The notes under the pieces: generated by a model
Databases searched by the model: none
Told to the model about the DNA's origin: nothing
The model's input: the letters and a program-made list of their open reading frames with translations, nothing else
Assembly: GCA_038208015.1 (NCBI GenBank)
Contig: JBBQZF010000001.1
Location: forward strand, 770 to 64,769
Source of the DNA: Gemmatimonadales bacterium
GTDB taxonomy: Bacteria; Gemmatimonadota; Gemmatimonadetes; Gemmatimonadales; Gemmatimonadaceae
Length of the DNA: 64,000 nucleotides
Direction of reading: 5' to 3'
Program-made: the position numbers and the translations under genes
Shown here: positions 56,061-63,767 of the stretch, piece after piece
Numbering within the stretch: the first letter of the stretch is position 1
Layout of the letters: each line of letters begins with the position of its first letter

Positions 56061-56783
56061 ATGCAGAATTCACCCGTGGGAAAAGCCGCGAGGCTGGGCG
56101 CGGAAGCGGCGACGACCCTGTCGCACTACGGGGCCCGGACGACCTGGCCCGCAGGATTCCAGATATACCAGAAAGGGACCCCGGCCGACGGATTGTCGAT
56201 GGTGCTGCGAGGTCATGTAGTCCTTCGAAGCCGCGTGAAATCGGGCCGCGGATTCGTCCCGGCCATAGTCATTCCCGGCGAGACGTTTGGCATCGAGGGG
56301 ATTTCTCCCGGCGGTCTCTATGTGACAGACGCGTGCGCGTCAGAAGACGCCGAAACCCTTTTTGTCACGGGTGTCCAGTTCCGCGCCTTCGTTCGGGAGA
56401 ATCCCGGCCAGGCGATTGAAGTGATGGGCCAGATGATGAGCGAGCGCGTGCACCTTCTCGAGAAGCTTCATGCAATGGCTTCCCAGAACGTGGAGCAGCG
56501 CCTTGTCGTCGCGCTCAAGCGCCTGGCGGCCGACAGGTCATTCCGGTCGGAAGATGGCAGCATCGCGCTCGAGCCGAAGCATCATCGCCTGCTGTGCGAG
56601 ATGGTGGGTGCGACGCGCGAATCAATCGCGCTGGCGCTCGGCCGCCTCGTCGGGTGCGGTGTTGCTGAGCGCAGGGGAATGGTGTTTGTCGTCGCGCCTG
56701 CGGAGCTCAAGTCACATATTTCCGGCAACGGTGTCGACCTCGAGAGCAGCTTTCCGGTTGCAAGGGAGACGATGACCACCTGA
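56061..56783 (+). CDS. Crp/Fnr-family transcriptional regulator
   Basis: 240 aa. cNMP-binding-like beta-roll (IYQKGTPADGLSMVLRGHVVL...) and C-terminal HTH (MVGATRESIALALGRLVGCGV). No N-terminal FNR cysteine cluster. Confidence 0.85.
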   Translation: MQNSPVGKAARLGAEAATTLSHYGARTTWPAGFQIYQKGTPADGLSMVLRGHVVLRSRVKSGRGFVPAIVIPGETFGIEGISPGGLYVTDACASEDAETLFVTGVQFRAFVRENPGQAIEVMGQMMSERVHLLEKLHAMASQNVEQRLVVALKRLAADRSFRSEDGSIALEPKHHRLLCEMVGATRESIALALGRLVGCGVAERRGMVFVVAPAELKSHISGNGVDLESSFPVARETMTT

Positions 56784-56792
56784 GCCCGCTCG

Positions 56793-57587
56793 ATGATCGC
56801 TGAGCTCGAAAGGGATGCCGGACCGACCGCCGGCGCTGAGACGATCGACATGCAGGAGGGGAGCCCGGACGGGATTCTCCTCCTGCACGGCTTTGGGGAC
56901 ACACCGCAGACGCTGCGGCTCCTCGCGAATCATCTCCACTCATCAGGCTACGACGTTCTTGCCCCGCTCCTGCCGGGTCATGGCACCAATGTCGAGGCCT
57001 TCCTTCAGTCGAGAAGGGGAGACTGGATGGAGTGCGCAAGAGATGCCCACGCGCGCATGCGTGCCTCGCACTCAACAGTGTCAATCGGGGGCCTGTCGAT
57101 GGGCGGGGCGCTTGCGGCGATCGTGGCATCGGAGAACCCGGACGTAAAGTCGCTGACACTGTTGGCGCCCTATCTCGAGATGCCGTTCGCGGCCCGGACG
57201 GCAGCCGCATCCCACTGGCTCTGGGGACGTGCGGCCGGCGCCAGGAAATCGTCGAACCCACGATCGATTCTCGATCCTGCGGAGCGCGCGATGAATCTCG
57301 GGTACGGCGTGTATTCCGGGCGACTTCTTTTCGAGTTATGGCGGCTTGCAGCCAAAGCCAGGCAGTCACTTGCCGGGATAACCGTGCCGACGCTCCTGAT
57401 TCAATCCCGGGCGGACTCCCGCATCGCGCCGGAGGTTGCCGAGCGTGCGATCAGGAAGGTGGCCGCGCACGAAAAGCGGCTCGTGTGGGCCGAAGGCGGT
57501 GGTCACATCATCACGGTGGACTACGGTCGCGACCTCGTGTTCGAGGAGGTCGAGGCGTGGGTCACCGGCCACATCACAACGGGGTGA
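56793..57587 (+). CDS. alpha/beta hydrolase (carboxylesterase / lysophospholipase-like)
   Basis: 264 aa. LLLHGFGDTP, GLSMGG nucleophile elbow, C-terminal GGGH. Confidence 0.8.
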   Translation: MIAELERDAGPTAGAETIDMQEGSPDGILLLHGFGDTPQTLRLLANHLHSSGYDVLAPLLPGHGTNVEAFLQSRRGDWMECARDAHARMRASHSTVSIGGLSMGGALAAIVASENPDVKSLTLLAPYLEMPFAARTAAASHWLWGRAAGARKSSNPRSILDPAERAMNLGYGVYSGRLLFELWRLAAKARQSLAGITVPTLLIQSRADSRIAPEVAERAIRKVAAHEKRLVWAEGGGHIITVDYGRDLVFEEVEAWVTGHITTG

Positions 57588-57614
57588 TGACGGCCCGGTG
57601 AAAGGGCCGTCATC
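57586..57614. terminator. perfect hairpin between convergent genes (no U-tract)
   Basis: GATGACGGCCC (57586-57596), 7-nt loop, GGGCCGTCATC (57604-57614). Overlaps the esterase stop codon. Confidence 0.4.
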
Positions 57615-57623
57615 ACGACTGAG

Positions 57624-58130
57624 TCAGGTTCCGGGAACCAGGTCCTTCGCCGTCTCGACTGCCGTCTCGACTCCCGACTTGGCTTGCTGCACGACTTCGC
57701 TCGTAACACGGCTCACGCGATTCGCAACTGACTTGGCGCCCTTCGCGATGCGGTTAGCGGCCTTCGACACTGCCTTGCGCGCTGGAGCTGTGCGCTTGCT
57801 CATGGCGCTGCGCTTCGCCGGCGACTTGCGTGAAGATTTCCTGGCGGATGACTTCCTGGCGGACGACTTCTTCGCGGACGACCTCTTCGCGGACGACCTC
57901 TTCGCGGACGACTTCTTCGCGGACGACTTCTTCGCGGACGACTTCCTGGCGGATGACTTCTTCGCGGGCGACTTGCGCGCGGCTGACTTCTTCCGTGCGG
58001 CTTTTGACGCGCTCTTCTTTCCGCGTGCTGCGCTCTTGCGCGTCGGGGCAGACTTGCGGGCGCCTGACTTCTTCCCGCCACTCTTTCTTCCACTCTTCGA
58101 GCCACTGCGCGACGACTTTCTGGCTGCCAT
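57624..58130 (-). CDS. histone H1-like / AlgP-like basic repeat protein
   Basis: GGAG lies 10 nt before ATG 58128-58130. MAARKSSRSGSKSGRKSGGKKSG..., then about 10 pentapeptide repeats (A-K/R-K-S-S), and a non-repetitive helical C-terminus (AVSKAANRIAKGAKSVANRVSRVTSEVVQQAKSGVETAVETAKDLV). Confidence 0.7.
   Translation of the reverse strand: MAARKSSRSGSKSGRKSGGKKSGARKSAPTRKSAARGKKSASKAARKKSAARKSPAKKSSARKSSAKKSSAKKSSAKRSSAKRSSAKKSSARKSSARKSSRKSPAKRSAMSKRTAPARKAVSKAANRIAKGAKSVANRVSRVTSEVVQQAKSGVETAVETAKDLVPGT
57844..57993. repeat. 15-bp tandem repeat x10 (coding)
   Basis: Units GCGGACGACTTCTTC and variants (GCGGATGACTTCCTG, GCGGACGACCTCTTC, ...), head to tail. They encode the KKSSA repeats on the minus strand. 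Confidence 0.9.
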
Positions 58131-58222
58131 TTTTTCGAGCTCCAATGTTGGGGTTCTGCTGCGACACTATAGCAACTTCCGCGCACAAACAACAACAGGA
58201 GTTTTCTAACGACGAAGCCGCT

Positions 58223-59311
58223 TCAGGCACCGGCCACAGCCAGCCCCGCCTCGAGATTCTCGGTCAGATGGTCGACGCTGCGCATTCCGACCAGCGCCGA
58301 CGCGACTGGAAGGGAGCGCACGAACGCGATTGCGCGCTGGGCATCGGTCCCGTACGAGGGGAAGAGCGTCCTGACGGCCGCCGGAAGATCCCGGGCGAGC
58401 TGGGCCTGCATCAGGCTCGCGCTGGCTATCACCGATACCTGAAGCTCCCGGGCAAGCTCGAGCACTGTCGTGTTCCTGCCGTCATCGCTCTGGGTAGGCG
58501 CTCGCACCGCCTCGGTCATCGCAAGGTTCACCGGAAGCTGAATCGCGCGGAAGCGATGGCCTGCTCCCCCGGCCTTCCGGGCTGCGGCGACCAATTCGGT
58601 TAACGAGAGATGGTTGCGGTTCGCTGCAAACGTGCGGAACCCGTTCCACGTCGCGCACCCGTAGGCGCCGATACTTCCCCTTGCGACCTGCGACTCGAGC
58701 TCTGAAAATGCCGCGGTAACAGTCTCGAGGAACCTGCCACGGTCCCGGCTGTCAAGCTGCTGCTCGGGGTTGTGAAGGTAGAAAATGTCGATGCACTCGA
58801 CCCCGAGATTCGCGCGGCTTCGATCTATCTGGTTCGCCAGGAAGCCGGGCGTGAGGCAGTGTCCTCCCGCTATCAGATCCTTGCGTGCCATGATCCCGGG
58901 CGAGAAGTACTCTTTCTCCAGATACGCGTTGTAATCTTCGCGCGAACCCGGAGGTGACCCTTCGAGCGCTACGTACCCGGCCTTCGTGCAGACTACCAGC
59001 TCATCGCGCGAGGCCCTTCCGGATGCCACAGCATTTCTCAGCGCACGACCTGCAGCGCGCTCAGATCGCTGGCAGCGATAGTTTATCGCAGTATCGACAA
59101 TATTCAGCCCGCTTCGGATGCCTTCCTCGATGACGCCCGTGTAACGGGCATCCTCATCGTCATCGCATTCGCCCAGATACGTGCCCATCCCGATCGACGA
59201 AACAGTGAGACCCGCGGCTTCGCGATAGAAGTCCGGGGCGAACGCGGAGGAAAAGCGTTTCGCGAAAGCGCCGGTTCCGCTGGCGGTTGCACGGCCGGGC
59301 AGGTGGGTCAT
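58223..59311 (-). CDS. aldo/keto reductase
   Basis: 362 aa. GMGTYLG, DTAINY, IFYLHNPE patterns of the AKR fold. Confidence 0.9.
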   Translation of the reverse strand: MTHLPGRATASGTGAFAKRFSSAFAPDFYREAAGLTVSSIGMGTYLGECDDDEDARYTGVIEEGIRSGLNIVDTAINYRCQRSERAAGRALRNAVASGRASRDELVVCTKAGYVALEGSPPGSREDYNAYLEKEYFSPGIMARKDLIAGGHCLTPGFLANQIDRSRANLGVECIDIFYLHNPEQQLDSRDRGRFLETVTAAFSELESQVARGSIGAYGCATWNGFRTFAANRNHLSLTELVAAARKAGGAGHRFRAIQLPVNLAMTEAVRAPTQSDDGRNTTVLELARELQVSVIASASLMQAQLARDLPAAVRTLFPSYGTDAQRAIAFVRSLPVASALVGMRSVDHLTENLEAGLAVAGA

Positions 59312-59477
59312 CGCGGGATGCTAGACCCAACCGGGCATGACCGCAAGTACACGCGCGGTGACCTCGGCCTCAGCAGGCGCGCTTTTCGCGGTCTGTGTCG
59401 AGTAGCAGGCCTCGCGGTGCACGGGTAGATTGAGAGAATAGCCTGCAGGTGCACGTTAAATCATGGAGTTGTCGTAA

Positions 59478-60227
59478 ATGCCGGATTTTGGAAGCTGGGC
59501 GGCGGACTGGTGGAAGCCGGTTCTCTTCATCGTAATCGCCGGTCACCTGACCAATGTTTGCGTAACACTGTTTCTGCACCGCGCACAGACGCACCGCAGT
59601 GTGAAGCTCCACTATCTCGCGGCGCTCCCGATGCGCCTCTGGCTGTGGCTCTCCACTGCGATCGTCACCAAGGAATGGGTCGCCTGCCATCGGAAGCATC
59701 ACGCCTTTGCCGATCGCGAAGGGGATCCGCACAGCCCGCTCCTGGAAGGGCTGCGCAACATCGTGCTCAAGGGCGCCTTCTACTATAGGAGGGCGGTCTC
59801 CCAGCCGGGCGTGCTGGAGAAATACGGAAAGGGCACGCCAAACGACTGGATCGAGCGCCACATCCTCTCACGTCGCAGCTCCCTCGGAATCGTCCTCATG
59901 CTCGGCATCGATATCTGGCTTTTCGGATTCTTTGTCGGACCGCTCGTGTGGGGAGTGCAGATGATCTGGATTCCCTTCTGGGCGGCGGGAATCATCAATG
60001 GTGTGGGACACGCTGTCGGCTACAGGAATTTCGGCGTGAAGGACGAGAGCAGAAACATTCTTCCCATCGCCATCTGGCTCGGTGGTGAAGAGCTTCACAA
60101 CAACCACCACGCTGATCCCCACTCAGCCAAGTTCAAGGCGAAGTGGTACGAGCTCGATATCGGCTGGGTGTATCTCCGGCTGCTCTCGCTGGTAGGGCTC
60201 GCGAAGATAGAGTACGCAAGGTCGTAG
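59478..60227 (+). CDS. membrane fatty acid desaturase (acyl-CoA/lipid delta-9 type)
   Basis: 249 aa. Three histidine boxes: HRAQTH, HRKHH and HNNHH. Confidence 0.88.
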   Translation: MPDFGSWAADWWKPVLFIVIAGHLTNVCVTLFLHRAQTHRSVKLHYLAALPMRLWLWLSTAIVTKEWVACHRKHHAFADREGDPHSPLLEGLRNIVLKGAFYYRRAVSQPGVLEKYGKGTPNDWIERHILSRRSSLGIVLMLGIDIWLFGFFVGPLVWGVQMIWIPFWAAGIINGVGHAVGYRNFGVKDESRNILPIAIWLGGEELHNNHHADPHSAKFKAKWYELDIGWVYLRLLSLVGLAKIEYARS

Positions 60228-60231
60228 TCAC

Positions 60232-60510
60232 ATGGCCGATATGACCTGCGCCAGGTGTGGCCAGACCCGCGAGGGTTTTGAAAGGCCGCCGTTTCCCGGA
60301 GAAATAGGGAAGCGTGTAGTCGCCGAAATCTGCCGGCAGTGCTGGGCCGACTGGGGAAAGCAGCAGACGATGCTGATCAACCACTACGGCCTCGACGTGA
60401 TGGACCCCCAGGCCCGCCAGTTCCTGACCAGGAACATGTCGGCGTTCCTGTTCAGGACGGGCGCCGAGGCGGACATCGATACCAGCAAGCAGGGAACAAT
60501 CTCCCACTGA
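60232..60510 (+). CDS. yggX: oxidative damage protection / Fe(II)-trafficking protein YggX
   Basis: 92 aa. PFPGEIGKRVVAEI...WADWGKQQTMLINHYGLD...FL aligns with E. coli YggX (YPGELGKRIYNEI...WAQWQHKQTMLINEKKLN). Confidence 0.88.
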   Translation: MADMTCARCGQTREGFERPPFPGEIGKRVVAEICRQCWADWGKQQTMLINHYGLDVMDPQARQFLTRNMSAFLFRTGAEADIDTSKQGTISH

Positions 60511-60515
60511 AGGCC

Positions 60516-62309
60516 ATGAGCAAAACAATGCTGATCTGGGTTGTCGCGGCCGCGGCAGCCTGCACTCCGCCCGTCACGCAGCGCGCATCGGAAACTCCCG
60601 TCCCTGCCGGGGACCGTGGGTGGGCAGACTCTGTCAGGACTGCTCTGGCAGGGATGACCCTTCGCGAGAAGGCGGCCCAGATGGTCTGGCCCACCGTGAT
60701 GGGGAACTACACGGCGGGTGATTCCCCCGAATGGCAGCGCGTCAGGCGCGAGATTCAGGCAGAGAAGGTTGGCGGTTATACAATCTCCGTCGGGTCGCCG
60801 ATGGAGATGGCGGCAAAGCTCAACGCAATGCAGGAAATGGCGGAGGTGCCGCTCATATTCGGGGCGGATCTCGAGGCGGGCGCCGGATTCAGGGCCCGTG
60901 GCGGATATTTCATCCCCAACGCGATCGACCTGGGAGGGGCCGTTGTCTTCCCGCCGGAGATGGCGATCGGAGCGACAGGTGACACACTCCTCGCCTACCA
61001 GCAGGGCCGGCTCACCGCTGTGGAAGGGAGGGCGCTCGGCATCCATATCGCCTATACGCCCGTCCTCGACGTCAACAACAATCCGGCAAACCCGGTCATA
61101 AACACCCGATCGTTCGGCGAGGACCCTGCCATGGTGGCGCGACTTGGCGCCGCATTCATAAGGGGAATCCAGGACTACGGAATGATTGCGACCGGCAAAC
61201 ATTTCCCGGGTCACGGTGACACCGGCGTCAATTCGCACCTCGCCCTGCCTGTCGTCTCAGTGAGCCGAAGCAGGCTCGATAGTGTCGAACTGGTACCATT
61301 TCGGGAGGCGATAAACAGCGGCGTCGGCGCGATAATGACATTTCATGGCGCGATGCCGGCGCTCGACTCGACAGGTGTCCCGGGGACTCTGTCCTACCAG
61401 GTCATGACCGGGTTGCTGAGAACCGAGCTGAAGTTCCAGGGAATCATCATTTCCGATGCGATGGACATGCGTGGAGTCCTTGATCAGTACGGCGCCGTCG
61501 AAGCGGTAAAGCGCGCAGTCGAGGCAGGTGTCGACGTGCTGATTCAGCCACTCGAGGTCACCGAGACCATCGATGCGGTCGTTGCGGGTGTTGCCGAAGG
61601 TCGTTACACCGAGGCGCGACTCGAGGAATCGGTGCGCCGGATTCTCGATGCGAAACGGGACGCCGGGCTTTACAGCAGGAAGCTCGTGAGCCTTGACTCC
61701 CTCAGGTACGTGGTCGGGGACAGCTCACATGTCAGTATGGCGCAGCGCATCGCTGAGCGGTCTATCACACTGGTCAAGGATTCGCTTGGGCAGGTGCCGC
61801 TCCGACTTCCTGAAAACGCCAGAATCCTCTCGGTAACGGTAGGTCGCCGTACTGATCTCTCGGCCGGCCTTGCTTTCAACGCAACCCTTCGGGAGCGGGT
61901 GCCCCGGCTGCGGTCAGAGTTCCTGGGCGCGGAAGACCCGGCTGCCGATTACGGGCGTCTGGAGAGGCTCGCCGATTCCGTGGATGTGGTGATCGTGAGT
62001 TCATATGTGGGACAGAACTGGGATGCTGTGTCTGCCAGTGCACCACAGGCCTTCGCGTCCTTTGTTCAGAGGCTCGCAGCGAAGGGTAAGCGTCCAGTTG
62101 TCGTCACTTTCGGCAACCCATACCTGTTACAGCAGATTCCCGGGGTGCCGGCATATCTCGTGGCGTGGGGCGGGTTTCCGCCATCGCAAATCGCTGCGGC
62201 GCGCGCACTGCTCGGACAGCGGCAGATCTCGGGTAAGCTTCCGATTTCAATTCCCGCCGGAAATGGCGTGGTGCCGAGGGGAAGCGGACTCGCGCGGCCC
62301 GGATTGTAA
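60516..62309 (+). CDS. glycoside hydrolase family 3 (beta-N-acetylhexosaminidase/NagZ-like, long form) lipoprotein
   Basis: ATG 60516 gives MSKTMLIWVVAAAAAC, a lipoprotein signal. KHFPGHGDT and SDAMDM GH3 motifs. The track ORF starts at 60339 inside yggX. Confidence 0.9.
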   Translation: MSKTMLIWVVAAAAACTPPVTQRASETPVPAGDRGWADSVRTALAGMTLREKAAQMVWPTVMGNYTAGDSPEWQRVRREIQAEKVGGYTISVGSPMEMAAKLNAMQEMAEVPLIFGADLEAGAGFRARGGYFIPNAIDLGGAVVFPPEMAIGATGDTLLAYQQGRLTAVEGRALGIHIAYTPVLDVNNNPANPVINTRSFGEDPAMVARLGAAFIRGIQDYGMIATGKHFPGHGDTGVNSHLALPVVSVSRSRLDSVELVPFREAINSGVGAIMTFHGAMPALDSTGVPGTLSYQVMTGLLRTELKFQGIIISDAMDMRGVLDQYGAVEAVKRAVEAGVDVLIQPLEVTETIDAVVAGVAEGRYTEARLEESVRRILDAKRDAGLYSRKLVSLDSLRYVVGDSSHVSMAQRIAERSITLVKDSLGQVPLRLPENARILSVTVGRRTDLSAGLAFNATLRERVPRLRSEFLGAEDPAADYGRLERLADSVDVVIVSSYVGQNWDAVSASAPQAFASFVQRLAAKGKRPVVVTFGNPYLLQQIPGVPAYLVAWGGFPPSQIAAARALLGQRQISGKLPISIPAGNGVVPRGSGLARPGL

Positions 62310-62415
62310 TAAAAGCGACAAGCTTGTTGACTGCCGCTCCCAAAGGTCGTATATACTCTGACCCACCCTTGAGCGCCATTAATTAGCGACTCGATACCAA
62401 ACCAAAAACACGGGC

Positions 62416-62442
62416 TTGACATTAGTCACCAGAAGTGACTAA
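62416..62442. promoter_or_regulatory. TTGACA -35 element followed by a 21-bp perfect palindrome (candidate NrtR operator)
   Basis: TTGACA at 62416-62421. TTAGTCAC-CAGAA-GTGACTAA at 62422-62442. The first ATG of the regulator is at 62447. Confidence 0.45.
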
Positions 62443-62446
62443 TTCG

Positions 62447-63124
62447 ATGACAATGTCCGACCGCCGCGCTCGGAAGCCCGCCTACACAATCGATCTCATT
62501 CTTCTGACTGCTGTCGGCGGTCAGCTTGCAGTGCTACTTGCGCGCTCTCCTGAAGGCCGCGAGAAATGGATGCTTCCCTGGGATGCTTCACGTGCCGGCG
62601 AGACAATGGAATCGACCGCGTCGCGCATCGCGAAAACGCTCGGGATCGCCGAGCCTTCGTGGATCGAGCAGGCTGGTGCGTTCGGTGACGGCAAGCGGCA
62701 TCCTTCCGATTCCGACGTGTCGATCGCTTATGCGGGACTTGTCGCGATGGGAACCCCATCGCCCGTTGGCGGTGTGTATGCCTGGTTCCCGCTCGCGGAT
62801 ACTCCGCCGCTGCCTCCCCGGCAGCGTCTGGCTCTCGACGGGGCGATCGAGATAGTGCGGGGCCGTATGGACCAGTCCCCCGTGGCTTTCAAGCTGCTGC
62901 CTCAAATGTTTACGCTGACCGAGCTCCAGCAGATGTACGAGCTGCTCCTCGGCAAGCGCCTTCACAAGGCGAGCTTCCGGCGTGCCCTTCAGTCGGCCTG
63001 GCTCGTCGAGCCAACAGACGAGTGGAGAAGCGAGGGTAGGGGCCGTCCGGCCCAGCTCTACCGCTACTCGCCGAGGAAACGAAGACCGGCGCAGCGGGGT
63101 ATTCGACTCGACCTCCTTAACTAG
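62447..63124 (+). CDS. NrtR-like regulator (degenerate Nudix domain plus C-terminal winged HTH)
   Basis: Nudix-fold N-terminus with a degenerate Nudix box (AGETMESTASRIAKTLGI). C-terminus FTLTELQQMYELLLGKRLHKASFRRAL...GRGRPAQLYRY is typical of NrtR-type wHTH. The track GTG 62435 lies inside the palindrome. Confidence 0.75.
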   Translation: MTMSDRRARKPAYTIDLILLTAVGGQLAVLLARSPEGREKWMLPWDASRAGETMESTASRIAKTLGIAEPSWIEQAGAFGDGKRHPSDSDVSIAYAGLVAMGTPSPVGGVYAWFPLADTPPLPPRQRLALDGAIEIVRGRMDQSPVAFKLLPQMFTLTELQQMYELLLGKRLHKASFRRALQSAWLVEPTDEWRSEGRGRPAQLYRYSPRKRRPAQRGIRLDLLN

Positions 63125-63420
63125 AGGGCGCAGAGAGCAACCCGAGGGCGCAGAAAAGCCCGGCCGGGTGGCGGGCTACGCAGAGGCGCAGAGACGGGCG
63201 GCGGGCGGCCAGCAGGGCAGGGAGCAACCAGCAGCCAGCAGCCAGCGGGCACGAAACGGGGGAGGGAGGGTAGCAGGGAAAGAGTCAAACCCAGCGAAGA
63301 TCTTCCTCGCGAGGGCACGAAAACCGCAAAGGGAACGCGGTAAAGGGATTGTACCGGAACGCAAAAGTACTGGCACGTATTGAATTTTGGGTGTATTAGT
63401 TGCAATGTGTCATTAAGGTT
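63124..63420 (+). repeat. purine-rich, T-poor non-coding element with internal repeats (long copy)
   Basis: GAGGGCGCAGAG at 63124-63135, GAGGGCGCAGAA at 63144-63155, GAGGCGCAGAG at 63183-63193. (CCAGCAG)2-CCAGCGG at 63228-63248. G-run cluster at 63258-63278. No credible ORF. Confidence 0.5.
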
Positions 63421-63446
63421 TAATTAGCACCACGCTTCGGAGACCA

Positions 63447-63758
63447 ATGCTCGCATACCTGGACAGCCTGTGCGCTGCACTGTTGGCGAGAGACACATCG
63501 GAAATTCGCAGGCTCCTGGCCCACCCAATGGCTCAGGACCTGCCGAGGCGCGTCCGGGAGGAGGCTGTCGCAATTTCCCGCGCCGGACGACGCAGCTTCA
63601 TCGCGCCGGTCAACGCGCTGCACCTCTACTACAAGCTCACCCACATGGTAGACGAGTCGAGCGACCCTACCTTCAATCCGCCGCCCAGGCAGGAGCAGGG
63701 AGAAGGCGACGAGAACGACCAGCTCGACCTTCCACTGCGCAAAGTCAGCTCCCGCTGA
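63447..63758 (+). CDS. hypothetical protein (103 aa)
   Basis: ORF with GGAG 4 nt before the ATG. Helical N-terminal half and an acidic, disordered tail. No known motif. Confidence 0.45.
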   Translation: MLAYLDSLCAALLARDTSEIRRLLAHPMAQDLPRRVREEAVAISRAGRRSFIAPVNALHLYYKLTHMVDESSDPTFNPPPRQEQGEGDENDQLDLPLRKVSSR

Positions 63759-63767
63759 CAACCGCCG

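Noticed and set aside
57844-57993. Possible CRISPR-like array
   Set aside because: The units are contiguous 15-bp repeats with no spacers, lie inside a CDS, and no cas genes are present.
57436-58603. Two 257-aa plus-strand ORFs and two other minus-strand ORFs across the 15-bp repeat (FFADD and SSRTT repeat proteins)
   Set aside because: A period-15 repeat is open in every frame. Only the minus-strand KKSSA frame has a Shine-Dalgarno sequence plus ATG, a sensible non-repetitive C-terminus, and a fit between the flanking genes and hairpin.
60384-61238. 284-aa minus-strand ORF opposite the GH3 gene. Similar long antisense ORFs occur at 26297-27013, 36831-37442, 54581-55225, 56707-57369 and 38780-39505.
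   Set aside because: All lie opposite genes with strong family motifs and have no motifs of their own. They are an expected by-product of high GC content.
63388-63404. Sigma54-like TGGGTGTATTAGTTGCA (GG-N10-GC spacing, good TTGCA -12 element) upstream of the gene at 63447
   Set aside because: The -24 element (GGGTGT versus TGGCAC) is poor, and no enhancer-binding protein or other supporting evidence is present in the window. The nearby TGGCACG at 63371 lacks a correctly spaced TTGC.
62982-63405. 133-aa plus-strand and 94-aa minus-strand ORFs over the purine-rich element
   Set aside because: The plus ORF starts inside the nrtR-like gene in another frame, and both translate repeats into low-complexity R/G/A/Q or P/L/R strings. 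I treat the region as non-coding.
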